Position numbers and translations under genes: made by a program
The notes under the pieces: generated by a model
Seen by the model: only the letters and a program-made list of their open reading frames with translations
Told to the model about the DNA's origin: nothing
Databases searched by the model: none
Origin: Vicinamibacterales bacterium
Lineage (GTDB): Bacteria > Acidobacteriota > Vicinamibacteria > Vicinamibacterales > UBA8438
Direction: 5' to 3'
Assembly (NCBI GenBank): GCA_965197375.1
Contig: CBDAMZ010000009.1
Location: 137,956 to 201,955, forward strand
Length of the DNA: 64,000 nt
Shown: positions 1 to 9,266 of the stretch, in pieces
How the letters are laid out: the number at the start of each line of letters is the position of its first letter
Numbering within the stretch: the first letter of the stretch is position 1

Positions 1-355
1 TATTCGGGAACGTCGTCAGCACGCCGAGGTTGGCGAGGTAGCCGCTGGAGAAATAAAGGCTTCGCTCAGCGCTTTTGAACTCAGCGAACCGGCGCTCGAC
101 AGCTGTAAAGTTCTCGCGATCGCCAGTCAGTAGGCGAGACCCGGTACTTCCGCATCCTTCACGGCGGATGGCATCCGCCGCACGCTCCTTCAGCAGCGGG
201 TGAGTCGCCAGACCGAGGTAATCGTTCGAGGAAAGATCAATTCCAGCTGGCGGTCGCAACCCTCGGAGAAGCCCCCTGGCGTCAAGGTCGGCTAGGTCGG
301 CACGGACGCGGCCTTCGAGAGGCCGCACGACATTCGGGCGTGAGACACTCTTCAT
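1..355 (-). CDS. alpha-oxoamine synthase family PLP enzyme (BioF/Kbl-like), N-terminal ~118 aa only; gene continues past the window start
   Basis: Own minus-strand translation from ATG at 355-353: MKSVSRPNVVRPLEGRVRADLADLDARGLLRGLRPPAGIDLSSNDYLGLATHPLLKERAADAIRREGCGSTGSRLLTGDRENFTAVERRFAEFKSAERSLYFSSGYLANLGVLTTFP. SSNDYLGL and SGYxAN are typical of the BioF/Kbl/ALAS family. Its ATG overlaps the TGA of the upstream gene (ATGA). Confidence 0.6.
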   Translation of the reverse strand, partial: MKSVSRPNVVRPLEGRVRADLADLDARGLLRGLRPPAGIDLSSNDYLGLATHPLLKERAADAIRREGCGSTGSRLLTGDRENFTAVERRFAEFKSAERSLYFSSGYLANLGVLTTFPN

Positions 356-2559
356 GGAATCCTTGATTCACGATACGGTCGACGTTGCTTGTACAGCTCA
401 AGTCGGCGTCGCACTTCGCTAAACATCTGGTCGGCGGCTTGCGAGCCGGCGGCCTCGAGAGCGGCTTCGGCCGCCTCGACCGCCTCGTCGTAACGACCGG
501 CGCTAGCATAAGCGGCCGCGAGCGCGTCGAGTGCCGATGGGTCCTTTCGATCGGTCAGCTTGACGGCACGTCCCGCCAATCGTACGGCTTCACCGGCGTT
601 ACGCGCGGTGGCATCTGGCGACGTGGCCAGGACCCACGCGAGCTCAACGAACGGCGCAGACCAGCCGGGATCCAACATCATCGCTTGACGGAAATGTTTG
701 GTTCCTTCGTCCGGCCGTCCATCCAACGTCAGGGTAAAGGCGAGGTTGTGATGGGCCAAGGCGGAGTCAGGTCGACTTTGTACCGCCCGTTCGAAGTGAC
801 CGGTTGCTTGTCCAAGATCGCCCAGCCATTGGAAAATGCCACCCAAGGTGTTGTGTGCCTCGGCATCGTCCGGGTTGATCGCCAGGGCTTGACGGAATAA
901 GCCGACGGCGTCCTCGCTGCGGCCCTGGGCCTGGCGGAGCTTACCGAGGTTGTGGAGCGCTTGAACGAAGCCTGGGTTGATGGCCAGCGCACGTTCAAAG
1001 TGCATGATGGCTTGGTCGACCTCCCGGTCAAGGAAGCAGGCATAGCCCAAGTGGAAATACGCGAGCGCGAACTGCGGGTTCAGGCGAACGGCTTCCCGTA
1101 GGTGCGCGATCGCCTCCTCGAGACGGTCCTCATCGATAAGCAGGCTGCCAAGGTGGTCGTGGATCAGCGGGTCTGCCGGTCGAGTCTCGAGTCGCTTTAG
1201 ATCGCCGACGATTTGCTGCTGGCGTGCACGGCGGCGCATCTCGTCGACGAGCACCGGTAGCTCGTCAGGGCGCCTGGGAACGACCTGCAGCTGTACATCG
1301 GCCATCTCGTCTCGCGAACCGGAGCCGTAGGTCACCCGTCTGGGTGGATGCTGCGGATTCTGTGGGTTCTCTGACGAGTTGTCGTGGATAAACCGCGCCG
1401 ACAGCACCGTGCCCTTCGGAAGAAACACCGGCTCTACGTACTCATACTCGTCCTGCCAGGAAAAATCCCAATCCCTGATGTAGACCAGCCACTTTCGCTC
1501 GCCGCTGGGAAGCGTGGCATGCGCCTGGATCTCTTTTCCGAGGTAGTGGGCGTGCGGGTACACCGAGAGTGCATCGACGTCGATCGGGAGCACGTACTCG
1601 TCCTCAAGCACGTGGTTCCTTTCACCCGCTGGGATATCGATGTCCTGCGTGCCGAGCCTGAGCACGAACGCACTGCGTGTTGGGGGACTGTCCGCGAAGT
1701 AGATCGCGACGCGCGCCCGGAACGTCTCCGGCACGCCGGTGGGTAACAGGTGCAGCTGGAGCACTAGTGCCTCACCCGGATCCAGTCGCCAAGAGAGCCC
1801 TTCAGGTGAAGCTCTCGGCTGGGTTCCCGGCAACCATCCAAGGAAATGCCCATCAGGAAAATCCGATGCGTCATAGAGCATGCCGCTGTACCCAGGTTCC
1901 GGATCCAGGTCTTCCAACTGCCGTGCCGTGCCGGTCGAGTCGACGAGGATTCTCCCGTGGTGAACCACGCGATAGTTACCTGGTTTAATTTCGACCGCCC
2001 TGACGTACCGGGTCTGCGAGATCGGGACCGGGACGGCAAAGCTCCGGAAGATGTCTTCGCCTTCGGCGGGAACGGTATAGGGCTCCGGCATCTCAATCAC
2101 CAGGTCGGGGGTGCCAAGTTGCCATCCTTCGGTCCAACGCGGTGTGCGAGGCAGATCGGCCCTGTCTCCCTCAGTCGCCCCGCCCTCAACCCACCGATCG
2201 ATCATGGCTATCTGCCCGTCGCTCAGCCGCCGGACACGTGCGAAATCTCCATAACCAGGCTCGGGCTTCCACGGCGGCATCTGACGGGTCGCGACCTCCT
2301 GCCTGATTGCGCGGGCCCACGGTCGCGCATCTTCAAACGTCAGCAAGCTAAAGGGCGCGGACTGGCCTGGGCGATGGCACCCTGCACAATGCTCGAAGAA
2401 GATCGGCGCGATGTCCCGGCTAAACGTAGGTGCCGACTGGCCGGCGGCGCCCAATGATGCTACCGCCAGAAAGGTCAAACCCACTACCAGGCGGGACGCC
2501 GTCGGGGCTGCTGTATGGGTCACTCGCTGCACATGCGGAGGCTTGGCCGTGACTGTCAT
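352..2559 (-). CDS. secreted multidomain protein: CxxCH haem-c-type motif domain + copper type II monooxygenase-like (PHM/DBH-like) domain + C-terminal TPR repeats
   Basis: 735-aa ORF with a hydrophobic signal-like N-terminus (LVVGLTFLAVASLGAAG). FFEHCAGCHRPGQSAPF contains CxxCH. His clusters HHGRILVD and YPHAHYLGKE resemble Cu-monooxygenase folds. The C-terminal third holds multiple 34-aa TPR-like repeats (REAVRLNPQFALAY, ALAINPGFVQAL, ALAINPDDAEAH, AVQSRPDSALAH). Confidence 0.75.
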   Translation of the reverse strand: MTVTAKPPHVQRVTHTAAPTASRLVVGLTFLAVASLGAAGQSAPTFSRDIAPIFFEHCAGCHRPGQSAPFSLLTFEDARPWARAIRQEVATRQMPPWKPEPGYGDFARVRRLSDGQIAMIDRWVEGGATEGDRADLPRTPRWTEGWQLGTPDLVIEMPEPYTVPAEGEDIFRSFAVPVPISQTRYVRAVEIKPGNYRVVHHGRILVDSTGTARQLEDLDPEPGYSGMLYDASDFPDGHFLGWLPGTQPRASPEGLSWRLDPGEALVLQLHLLPTGVPETFRARVAIYFADSPPTRSAFVLRLGTQDIDIPAGERNHVLEDEYVLPIDVDALSVYPHAHYLGKEIQAHATLPSGERKWLVYIRDWDFSWQDEYEYVEPVFLPKGTVLSARFIHDNSSENPQNPQHPPRRVTYGSGSRDEMADVQLQVVPRRPDELPVLVDEMRRRARQQQIVGDLKRLETRPADPLIHDHLGSLLIDEDRLEEAIAHLREAVRLNPQFALAYFHLGYACFLDREVDQAIMHFERALAINPGFVQALHNLGKLRQAQGRSEDAVGLFRQALAINPDDAEAHNTLGGIFQWLGDLGQATGHFERAVQSRPDSALAHHNLAFTLTLDGRPDEGTKHFRQAMMLDPGWSAPFVELAWVLATSPDATARNAGEAVRLAGRAVKLTDRKDPSALDALAAAYASAGRYDEAVEAAEAALEAAGSQAADQMFSEVRRRLELYKQRRPYRESRIP

Positions 2560-2690
2560 GATGAGGTGTCCGGAGGTCGAAACCAGTGTCGCTGCTCAGG
2601 ATCGCAGAGTAGGCTTTGATCGTCAAACATCAAACGGCTGTCGCGGTTGCGGTGGATAATTGTACGATGGTGGTCAGCCAGGGACGTAGC

Positions 2691-5666
2691 ATGCTACCAA
2701 CACTTCGGGTTCGGGTAATGCTGACGGTCGTCGTGGCGGTCGTCGTGGCGGCTATCCCCATGATCGCGCAGGACGAGGGCGATCGTTCCTCTCGCGACGA
2801 GGGGCCCGAGCGTGTGGCTATCCTGCCGTTCGGCAACATCAGCGGTGTCCCGGACGACGACTGGATCGGGGCTGGTATTGCTGAGGCTCTCTCGGTTGAG
2901 TTCCAGGGCCGGTCCGCGTTCGATGTGATTGGTCGCGAGCGGGTCTCCGAGACGATGCGGATTATGGGCGTGCCTGACACGCGCCCGGCCGAGTCCGGAA
3001 TACTCCTCGAGGTGGGCCGGCGTGTGGGCGCGCAGTGGGTAGTCAGCGGGGGATACCAGCGGCTCGGGGACCAGCTGCGCATCACCGGGCGGTTGGTGGA
3101 CGCCACGACCGGTGCGGTCGTCCGGGCTGCGAAGGTCGACGGCGCCATTGATGACCTCTTTGAGCTGCAGGACCGACTTGCGACCGGGCTTGTCAACGGG
3201 CAGGCAAGTGACGCTGCCCACGCAGCCGGGCGGTCGGCACCCCTTAGCAACGCCGATGTCACGGTCGGTGCCGAGAGTGCGTCATCGGCACCCTCGATCC
3301 GACTGCCCACACCGATGCTGACGCCAGCCCCCCCCGACCGCCTGGCCGGAGTCCCCGACCCAGACGGCCGCTCCGGGAGTCTGCCCGCGACGAACCCGGC
3401 TGGCTTCGCTGCGCCCCGGGTCATCGATGGTCCGCCGCCACCGATTCCACCCGACGTGATCCGCCGAGACGAACAGGGACGGGTGACCATCCGCGCGATC
3501 AAGCTCTCGGAGGACATTCGACTGGACGGGCAGCTCGACGAACAGGTGTATCACACGGTCCCGGCAATTACCGGCTTTATCCAGCAGACTCCGGACGAAG
3601 GCGCGCTGGCCACCGAGAAAACTGAAACGTGGATTCTGTTCGACGAGCGCAGCCTCTACGTTACCAGCCGGATTTGGGACTCGGCGCCACCCAGCGAGTG
3701 GGTGGCCAACGAAATGCGGCGGGACGCGGACCGGCTCTGGATGCAGGATCACTTCATGGCGGTCTTTGATACTTTTTACGATCGGCGGAACGCCCTTGGG
3801 TTCTACGCCACATCTCTCGGTGCGATCGGTGACTTCGCCCTTACCAACGAAGGTAACCCAAACCTCGATTGGAACCCGGTCTGGGACGTTCGCACGGCGC
3901 GGTTCGAGGGCGGGTGGACGGTTGAGATGGAGATTCCGTTTAAATCGCTCCGGTATCAACCAGGACCGACACAAGTCTGGGGTGTGCAGCTGCGGCGCAA
4001 TGTGCGGCGCAAGAATGAATGGGCCCACATCACCCCGCTGCCGATCTCGGGCGGAGGATCCGGGGGCGGGGGTGTCTTTCGTATGTCGAAAGCCGCGACG
4101 CTCGTCGGGCTCGAAGTGCCACAGGGCAGTAGGAACCTCGAGATCAAGCCGTACGGTATCGGCGGACTGCGAACCGACGTCAATGCCGCGGCGCCAACGA
4201 CGAATGTCGGAGACGGAGATGTCGGCGTCGATGTCAAGTACGGCATCACCAAAAATCTAACGGCGGATCTAACCTACAACACTGACTTTGCCCAGGTCGA
4301 GGCGGACGAGCAGCAGGTTAATCTGACCCGGTTTAGCCTCTTCTTCCCCGAAAAGCGCGAGTTCTTTCTAGAAGGCCGTGGCATCTTCGGCTTTGCCCGG
4401 GGCGGCATCACGAGAGGGACCGGCCAGGCTCTGCGCCAAGGCGGCCGGGGCGGGGGCTTCTTCGGCGGCGGCAACGCACCGACACTCTTCTACAGCCGCC
4501 GGATCGGGCTCGAACGCAGGACGGTTGTGCCGGTCATTGGTGGCGGTCGAGTAACTGGAAAAATCGGCGCATTCGACGTCGGCGCGTTAAGCGTTCAGAC
4601 CGATGACGAGGAAATCTCGGGCGCCGAGATGACGAATTTTTCGGTCGTGCGGGTGAAGCGCGACATCCTACGGCGCAGCAGCGTCGGCATCCTCTTGGCC
4701 AACCGTTCGGTGTCACTCGCTGGTGACGGCTCCAGCCAGACCTACGGCGTGGATGCCACCTTCTCGTTCTACGACAATGTCAGCTTGCTCGGGTACGTCG
4801 CCAAGACACAGACCCCTGGACTCAAGGGTAAGGACACAAGCTATCAAGGGCAGCTGATCTACGGCGGGGACCGCTACGGGTTCCAAGCCGAACACCTCGT
4901 CGTCGAGGACAATTTTCTCCCGGAGGTCGGCTTTGTCCGACGTGATAACTTCCGCCGGACGTACACGACTGGGCGATTTAGCCCACGGCCACGGTCGATT
5001 GACGCAATCCGGCAGTTCAGCGTTGAAGGGAGTTTCGATTACATCGTTACCGCGGACACGGGACGAGTGGAAACGCGTCAGTCTCAGCTGGGGTTCTCCA
5101 CAGAGTTCGCGAACAGCGACTGGGTCGGCATCTCGGCGACAGACAACTACGAGTTCCTCGCCCGGCCGTTCACCCCGGCGCCCGGCGTGAGCTTCCCTGT
5201 CGGTGGCTACAAGTTTCGCGACGCCGAGGTGACCTATGCACTCGGCATGCAGCATCGTTTCAGCGGGACCTTCACAGTGCGAGTCGGCGAGTACTTCAGT
5301 GGCAACATCCGGTCGGTCGGCTTCCGTCAAGGACGCGTGGGGCTGACGGAGCGGTTCTCGCTCGAGCCGAGCGTGTCGGTCAACTGGATCGACACGCCCC
5401 ACGGGTCATTCCGCACGGATTTAGCTGTCTCCCGTGTGAACTACTCGTTCACCCCGCGCATGTTCCTCAGTGGGCTGATTCAGTACAACTCGAGCACCGA
5501 TACGATCAGTAACAACCTGCGGATGCGGTGGGAGTACTCCCCTGGGAGCGAACTGTTTGTCGTCTACACCGAAGAGCGAATTACCGACCCGCTGCGGCCC
5601 GACCGCTTCTCGGAGCTCCGCAACCGTGGGTTCGTGGTCAAGGTGAACCGGCTCTTTCGGTTCTGA
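2691..5666 (+). CDS. outer-membrane beta-barrel protein (DUF5916/CBM9-like) with N-terminal TolB-N/FlgO-like domain
   Basis: Track ORF 2616..5666. Start placed at M26 (MLPTLRVRVMLTVVVAVVVAAIPMIAQ, signal peptide). ILPFGNISGVPDDDWIGAGIAEAL motif, then a Pro/Ala-rich linker and a long region of alternating beta-strand pattern with Gly-rich loops. Terminal ...VNRLFRF is an aromatic OMP-type C-terminus. Confidence 0.7.
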   Translation: MLPTLRVRVMLTVVVAVVVAAIPMIAQDEGDRSSRDEGPERVAILPFGNISGVPDDDWIGAGIAEALSVEFQGRSAFDVIGRERVSETMRIMGVPDTRPAESGILLEVGRRVGAQWVVSGGYQRLGDQLRITGRLVDATTGAVVRAAKVDGAIDDLFELQDRLATGLVNGQASDAAHAAGRSAPLSNADVTVGAESASSAPSIRLPTPMLTPAPPDRLAGVPDPDGRSGSLPATNPAGFAAPRVIDGPPPPIPPDVIRRDEQGRVTIRAIKLSEDIRLDGQLDEQVYHTVPAITGFIQQTPDEGALATEKTETWILFDERSLYVTSRIWDSAPPSEWVANEMRRDADRLWMQDHFMAVFDTFYDRRNALGFYATSLGAIGDFALTNEGNPNLDWNPVWDVRTARFEGGWTVEMEIPFKSLRYQPGPTQVWGVQLRRNVRRKNEWAHITPLPISGGGSGGGGVFRMSKAATLVGLEVPQGSRNLEIKPYGIGGLRTDVNAAAPTTNVGDGDVGVDVKYGITKNLTADLTYNTDFAQVEADEQQVNLTRFSLFFPEKREFFLEGRGIFGFARGGITRGTGQALRQGGRGGGFFGGGNAPTLFYSRRIGLERRTVVPVIGGGRVTGKIGAFDVGALSVQTDDEEISGAEMTNFSVVRVKRDILRRSSVGILLANRSVSLAGDGSSQTYGVDATFSFYDNVSLLGYVAKTQTPGLKGKDTSYQGQLIYGGDRYGFQAEHLVVEDNFLPEVGFVRRDNFRRTYTTGRFSPRPRSIDAIRQFSVEGSFDYIVTADTGRVETRQSQLGFSTEFANSDWVGISATDNYEFLARPFTPAPGVSFPVGGYKFRDAEVTYALGMQHRFSGTFTVRVGEYFSGNIRSVGFRQGRVGLTERFSLEPSVSVNWIDTPHGSFRTDLAVSRVNYSFTPRMFLSGLIQYNSSTDTISNNLRMRWEYSPGSELFVVYTEERITDPLRPDRFSELRNRGFVVKVNRLFRF

Positions 5667-5848
5667 GGCGGCCGGAACACGAGAACTGTTCGACGGCGGT
5701 GATTCCCACAGCGCCGGCTGAGTGCCTCAGCCCGATCGTCGCCGCTTAAAAATCCCTGGGGGACTTAGTTTAACTCGTCACCGGACGGCAGAACTTGCTT
5801 CGCAGAAACAGAACAAACTATGATTGTCCGCAAATGGGAGGCAATTCA

Positions 5849-7249
5849 ATGAAGTCACGTAGGTTACGGCGTTCGGTGCTTGTCGGAATGTCGGCGGCCC
5901 TGCTCTTGTCGCTTCCTTCGGTGATCGGCGGGCAATCAGGCCAAGTTGTCGAGGTGGATAAGAGCTTGACCCGACTGTGCTCGCTCTATCCAAGCCGGGG
6001 TCCGATTCCCGTAATCTACGCCCACGGCAAGCCCTACGAGCGGGGCGTTCAGATCGGGACGCAACTCCGAGGCCTCGATCCTGAGATCCTGCCGCGCATG
6101 TGTGCGAGACGCTGGGATTGGGTGATGACCGGGATCGAACACGAGATCAGTCGTGATGAGATGGCGGAACTGATCCCCGACTACCTAGAGGCCATCCGCG
6201 GCACCATGGGTGCCGATGTCGTGGATGAATACATCGAGGAGATGCGTGGCGTTGCGGACGGGGGCCACGTTGAGTTTAACGATCTCTTTATGGTCAACCT
6301 GGGCGGTCACTACGTTAAGTACTACATCGACGAACGAGGACATAACCTTCCCTACGAGCGAGGCAGTGACGGTTGCTCGAGCATTGCTGTCTGGGGCAAG
6401 GCAACTGTCGACGGCGAGATGATCGCCACCCACAACTGCGATTGGTCTCGTGATTTCCGGCAGAGCGCGCACGCGGCTGTGGTGATGTACCCCGAAAATG
6501 GTAACCCGCTGATCTATGGGGCACCCATCGGCACTTGGGGCTCGCATCACATCTCCAGCGACCGCCTCTTCGTGGCTGGCCTAGCCTTGGGAAGGCCGAA
6601 AGCCAAACCCCGCTACCTGGTACCTGGCGGACCGAACGGGATGCTCCAGCGCTGGATCGTGCAGTATGCGAATAGCGCTGATGAAGCCTACGAGATGCTC
6701 CAGAGTAAGGGAGGCGTTGGCGACCGAGGCTTCGCGTCACCCTCCGGCAACGTGGTGTACGTCGATGAGCAAGAGGCGATGTATCTGCAAACAGCGCCTG
6801 ACCACATCGGGCGCATACCAAACGAGGACGGCTATAACCTGGTTACCAACCACATCGTGCTCGACGAGATGCATGAGTACATCAGGGGTGCTTCCTCAGC
6901 CGGGAGCATTAATCGACGCCAGAGTGAGAAGTTTCAAATCGAGCAAAACTACGGGAAATTGGATGTCCAAAGCGTGATCAACATCATGAGCAGCCACTAT
7001 GACTTCGCGAATGGACGGGACGACGTTTTTGAAGCTGTCCCCTGCTCACACGGCGAGTACAAGGGGAGCGCGGGTGGCACCAATCTTTCGACCGTGGTGA
7101 AGCTCTCTGAAGACACGGTTTGGCTCGCATTGGGCAATCCTTGTGTGGGAACGTACACAAAGATCACCATGGGGACACGGGAAGATGTCGTCTCGGCTAC
7201 TCAGGCAGCGCTGGGACGTATCGAGGCCGACTCTACCGCACAACAGTAA
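5849..7249 (+). CDS. C45-family peptidase / acyl-CoA:6-aminopenicillanic-acid acyltransferase-like Ntn hydrolase, secreted
   Basis: Track ORF 5795..7249. Start placed at M19 (MKSRRLRRSVLVGMSAALLLSLPSVIGG, signal peptide). SDGCSSIAVWGKATVDGEMIATHNCDW fits the autoprocessing Gly-Cys nucleophile context of the C45/Ntn family. Confidence 0.65.
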   Translation: MKSRRLRRSVLVGMSAALLLSLPSVIGGQSGQVVEVDKSLTRLCSLYPSRGPIPVIYAHGKPYERGVQIGTQLRGLDPEILPRMCARRWDWVMTGIEHEISRDEMAELIPDYLEAIRGTMGADVVDEYIEEMRGVADGGHVEFNDLFMVNLGGHYVKYYIDERGHNLPYERGSDGCSSIAVWGKATVDGEMIATHNCDWSRDFRQSAHAAVVMYPENGNPLIYGAPIGTWGSHHISSDRLFVAGLALGRPKAKPRYLVPGGPNGMLQRWIVQYANSADEAYEMLQSKGGVGDRGFASPSGNVVYVDEQEAMYLQTAPDHIGRIPNEDGYNLVTNHIVLDEMHEYIRGASSAGSINRRQSEKFQIEQNYGKLDVQSVINIMSSHYDFANGRDDVFEAVPCSHGEYKGSAGGTNLSTVVKLSEDTVWLALGNPCVGTYTKITMGTREDVVSATQAALGRIEADSTAQQ

Positions 7250-7267
7250 GCCAACCGTAAGATCTGC

Positions 7268-7310
7268 ACTCGCGACGGCGCCGTCAACTTCCGACGGCGT
7301 CGTCGCGAGT
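7268..7310. terminator. strong hairpin between convergent genes (possible bidirectional terminator)
   Basis: ACTCGCGACGGCGCCGTC (7268-7285), loop AACTTCC, GACGGCGTCGTCGCGAGT (7293-7310): 17 of 18 bp complementary. It lies 19 nt after the stop of 5849..7249 and ~100 nt after the stop of 7410..9059. No clear T-tract. Confidence 0.45.
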
Positions 7311-7409
7311 GTCTCTCCAGCTACAACTGGATCCGAGAGATGGTAGCGGCCGCCGCGTGGCTTAGCTAGATCCGTTCGCGGTTGCACCATCCTTACGTAG
7401 CATCAGACA

Positions 7410-9059
7410 CTAGCGATCGTCCCGATCTCGCTCTCCGCGCGCCCTGAAGAAGTTAATGCTGACGGTAGCCAGCTCAGACGGGGGGAATTTCGCCTGCAGC
7501 TGTTCATCGGCTATCAGACCCGCTTCGCGGGCGCATTCCAGAAAGACGTCGGGCTCGACGAGGTACTGGTCGGAATAGCCGTGCGTCGCGTCGTACGGCA
7601 CGGCAAGCGTCCGGCCGAGATTCGCGGCGATCCGCTCAGGCGGCAAAGTATGAAGCTCCAGGATCAATAATCCAAACCGCCCCGCATAGGGCGCCCAGCG
7701 ACGCAGGTGCCGCACCAGGTTTTCTTCCAACACGTCCGGGGGAATCTCTTGACCCAGAACAGCGAAGGCTCCCGTAGTTCGCGCTGTACGCGTCCCGGTA
7801 ACATAATCCTTCAGCGGTAGAAAGGGTCGGGTGTGGTCCAGGAACGAACGTACGTGCAGCAGCTCATGACTGACGATCTCTAGCTGCTCCAGATCGCTCG
7901 CCAGCTTGGCTGGCCGGTTAATGTCTCCATGGATCACGTAAAACTTAGGGATGTTCGCCTGGCGGAGGCGCCGCTTGGTAAGCCGACGGGCCACCTTATT
8001 GAAATCTGCTTCGACGAGGACCAAGGGATGCAACTCCAGCGCGTGCCCACGAACCGTTCCGTCCCGGATAACACCATAAAGGTGTTCCAACAACGTGCCG
8101 TCGCCGCAACCCATGTCGCAAATCCCGCACGGCTGCTCCTGTAGCGGCCGGTTAAAAATGTGGGCGACGATCTCGTCGATCTGGTGGAAGTACGTCTGGT
8201 GCGCACCGCCGCTTCCCCACAGATTCATGCCGCGGCTGACCAAAAGCTCTGTTCCGTGTTCATCGACCCGTGGGATCAACGCATTTCCGAACAGCAGTGT
8301 GCTGAGAACCTCAAGAAGCGGGAAGTAGGAAACCGTGACCCCGTAGGAAGTGGCAATCTGTAAGGCATATCGGCCCGCTGGAGTCAGGGAGATTCGTGTT
8401 TCATCACGGTTAGCCCATCCCTGCGCACAAAGCAGGTCAAAAACGCAGCTGAGGCACTCGCGGTTCCCCTCGATAGACGCGAGCTTAAGGCCCAGCGGGT
8501 CCTGGGTCATTCGGTCGAGAACGCCTTCGCGGGCCAGAGCAACCATGGTCGGGCCGACCAAGATCCCATCCAGGTGGCGCCGGAGCTTCTGCTGAACCTT
8601 TGCGGTAAGCGGGTCGCCAGCTTCTTGAAGTCCCCACCGTTCCCGCGCGCGCGACACCAGCGTGCGCAGTGAGGGAAGCAGGGCGTCGCCACCGTGACCG
8701 AAGAGGAAATCCTCCAGAAACATCGCTTTCGGTAAAAAGGGGAGGGCCTCACCATACGTCTGGGTCATCCCAATAGCGACGCGGCCCTCTGGCGTCATTG
8801 TGTAGCGGGTCGAATCACCTGACTCTTGCTTCAGCCATCCGCAGGAGACGGGCGCCCGAAACGCAACTCGAAGGTACCCGGGATTTCCATCCGTCAGACC
8901 GACGATCTCGGCGAGCGTGATCCCCTTGGAGGCCCCCTCAAGGATCTGGAAGACACCGCGATCCTGAAGGGCCTTCACCGTGGGGGCCAGCACGATTCCG
9001 GTCAGGTGATCGAAGATGACCGCCCGGACTATGGCTTTTTCTTCTCTGCTAAGTCCCAT
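7410..9059 (-). CDS. class I SAM-dependent methyltransferase with two N-terminal winged-helix/dimerisation-like modules
   Basis: 549-aa ORF. ICDMGCGDGTLLEHL is a SAM-binding motif I (DxGxGxG). VLVEADFN and VIHGDIN are acidic post-I/II motifs. The N-terminal ~280 aa are repeated helical modules, as in O-methyltransferase dimerisation domains. Confidence 0.7.
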   Translation of the reverse strand: MGLSREEKAIVRAVIFDHLTGIVLAPTVKALQDRGVFQILEGASKGITLAEIVGLTDGNPGYLRVAFRAPVSCGWLKQESGDSTRYTMTPEGRVAIGMTQTYGEALPFLPKAMFLEDFLFGHGGDALLPSLRTLVSRARERWGLQEAGDPLTAKVQQKLRRHLDGILVGPTMVALAREGVLDRMTQDPLGLKLASIEGNRECLSCVFDLLCAQGWANRDETRISLTPAGRYALQIATSYGVTVSYFPLLEVLSTLLFGNALIPRVDEHGTELLVSRGMNLWGSGGAHQTYFHQIDEIVAHIFNRPLQEQPCGICDMGCGDGTLLEHLYGVIRDGTVRGHALELHPLVLVEADFNKVARRLTKRRLRQANIPKFYVIHGDINRPAKLASDLEQLEIVSHELLHVRSFLDHTRPFLPLKDYVTGTRTARTTGAFAVLGQEIPPDVLEENLVRHLRRWAPYAGRFGLLILELHTLPPERIAANLGRTLAVPYDATHGYSDQYLVEPDVFLECAREAGLIADEQLQAKFPPSELATVSINFFRARGERDRDDR

Positions 9060-9138
9060 TAGCCGGCCAAGTAGGAGATGGTGATTTTTTTTAGAACCGA
9101 CACTGACGGCACAGAAAATCTTTCGGTTGCAGATCCCC

Positions 9139-9202
9139 TCACGGAAGCACGGAATTCCTAAAATGCAGAAAGGAAAATTTCCTTAATTCCGCGCTTCCGT
9201 GA
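9139..9202. promoter_or_regulatory. 18-bp inverted repeat in an AT-rich intergenic region (terminator of the MetE-like gene and/or operator upstream of the methyltransferase)
   Basis: TCACGGAAGCACGGAATT (9139-9156) and AATTCCGCGCTTCCGTGA (9185-9202) are complementary at 17 of 18 positions. The spacer holds a second small palindrome, AGGAAAATTTCCT. The surrounding 207-nt spacer (9060-9266) is much AT-richer than the flanking genes. Confidence 0.4.
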
Positions 9203-9266
9203 CCAGAACAACCCGGTAAAAAATTTTGTATTTTTTCTTGGATAAGTCTTATTTGTCGGCATTCAC

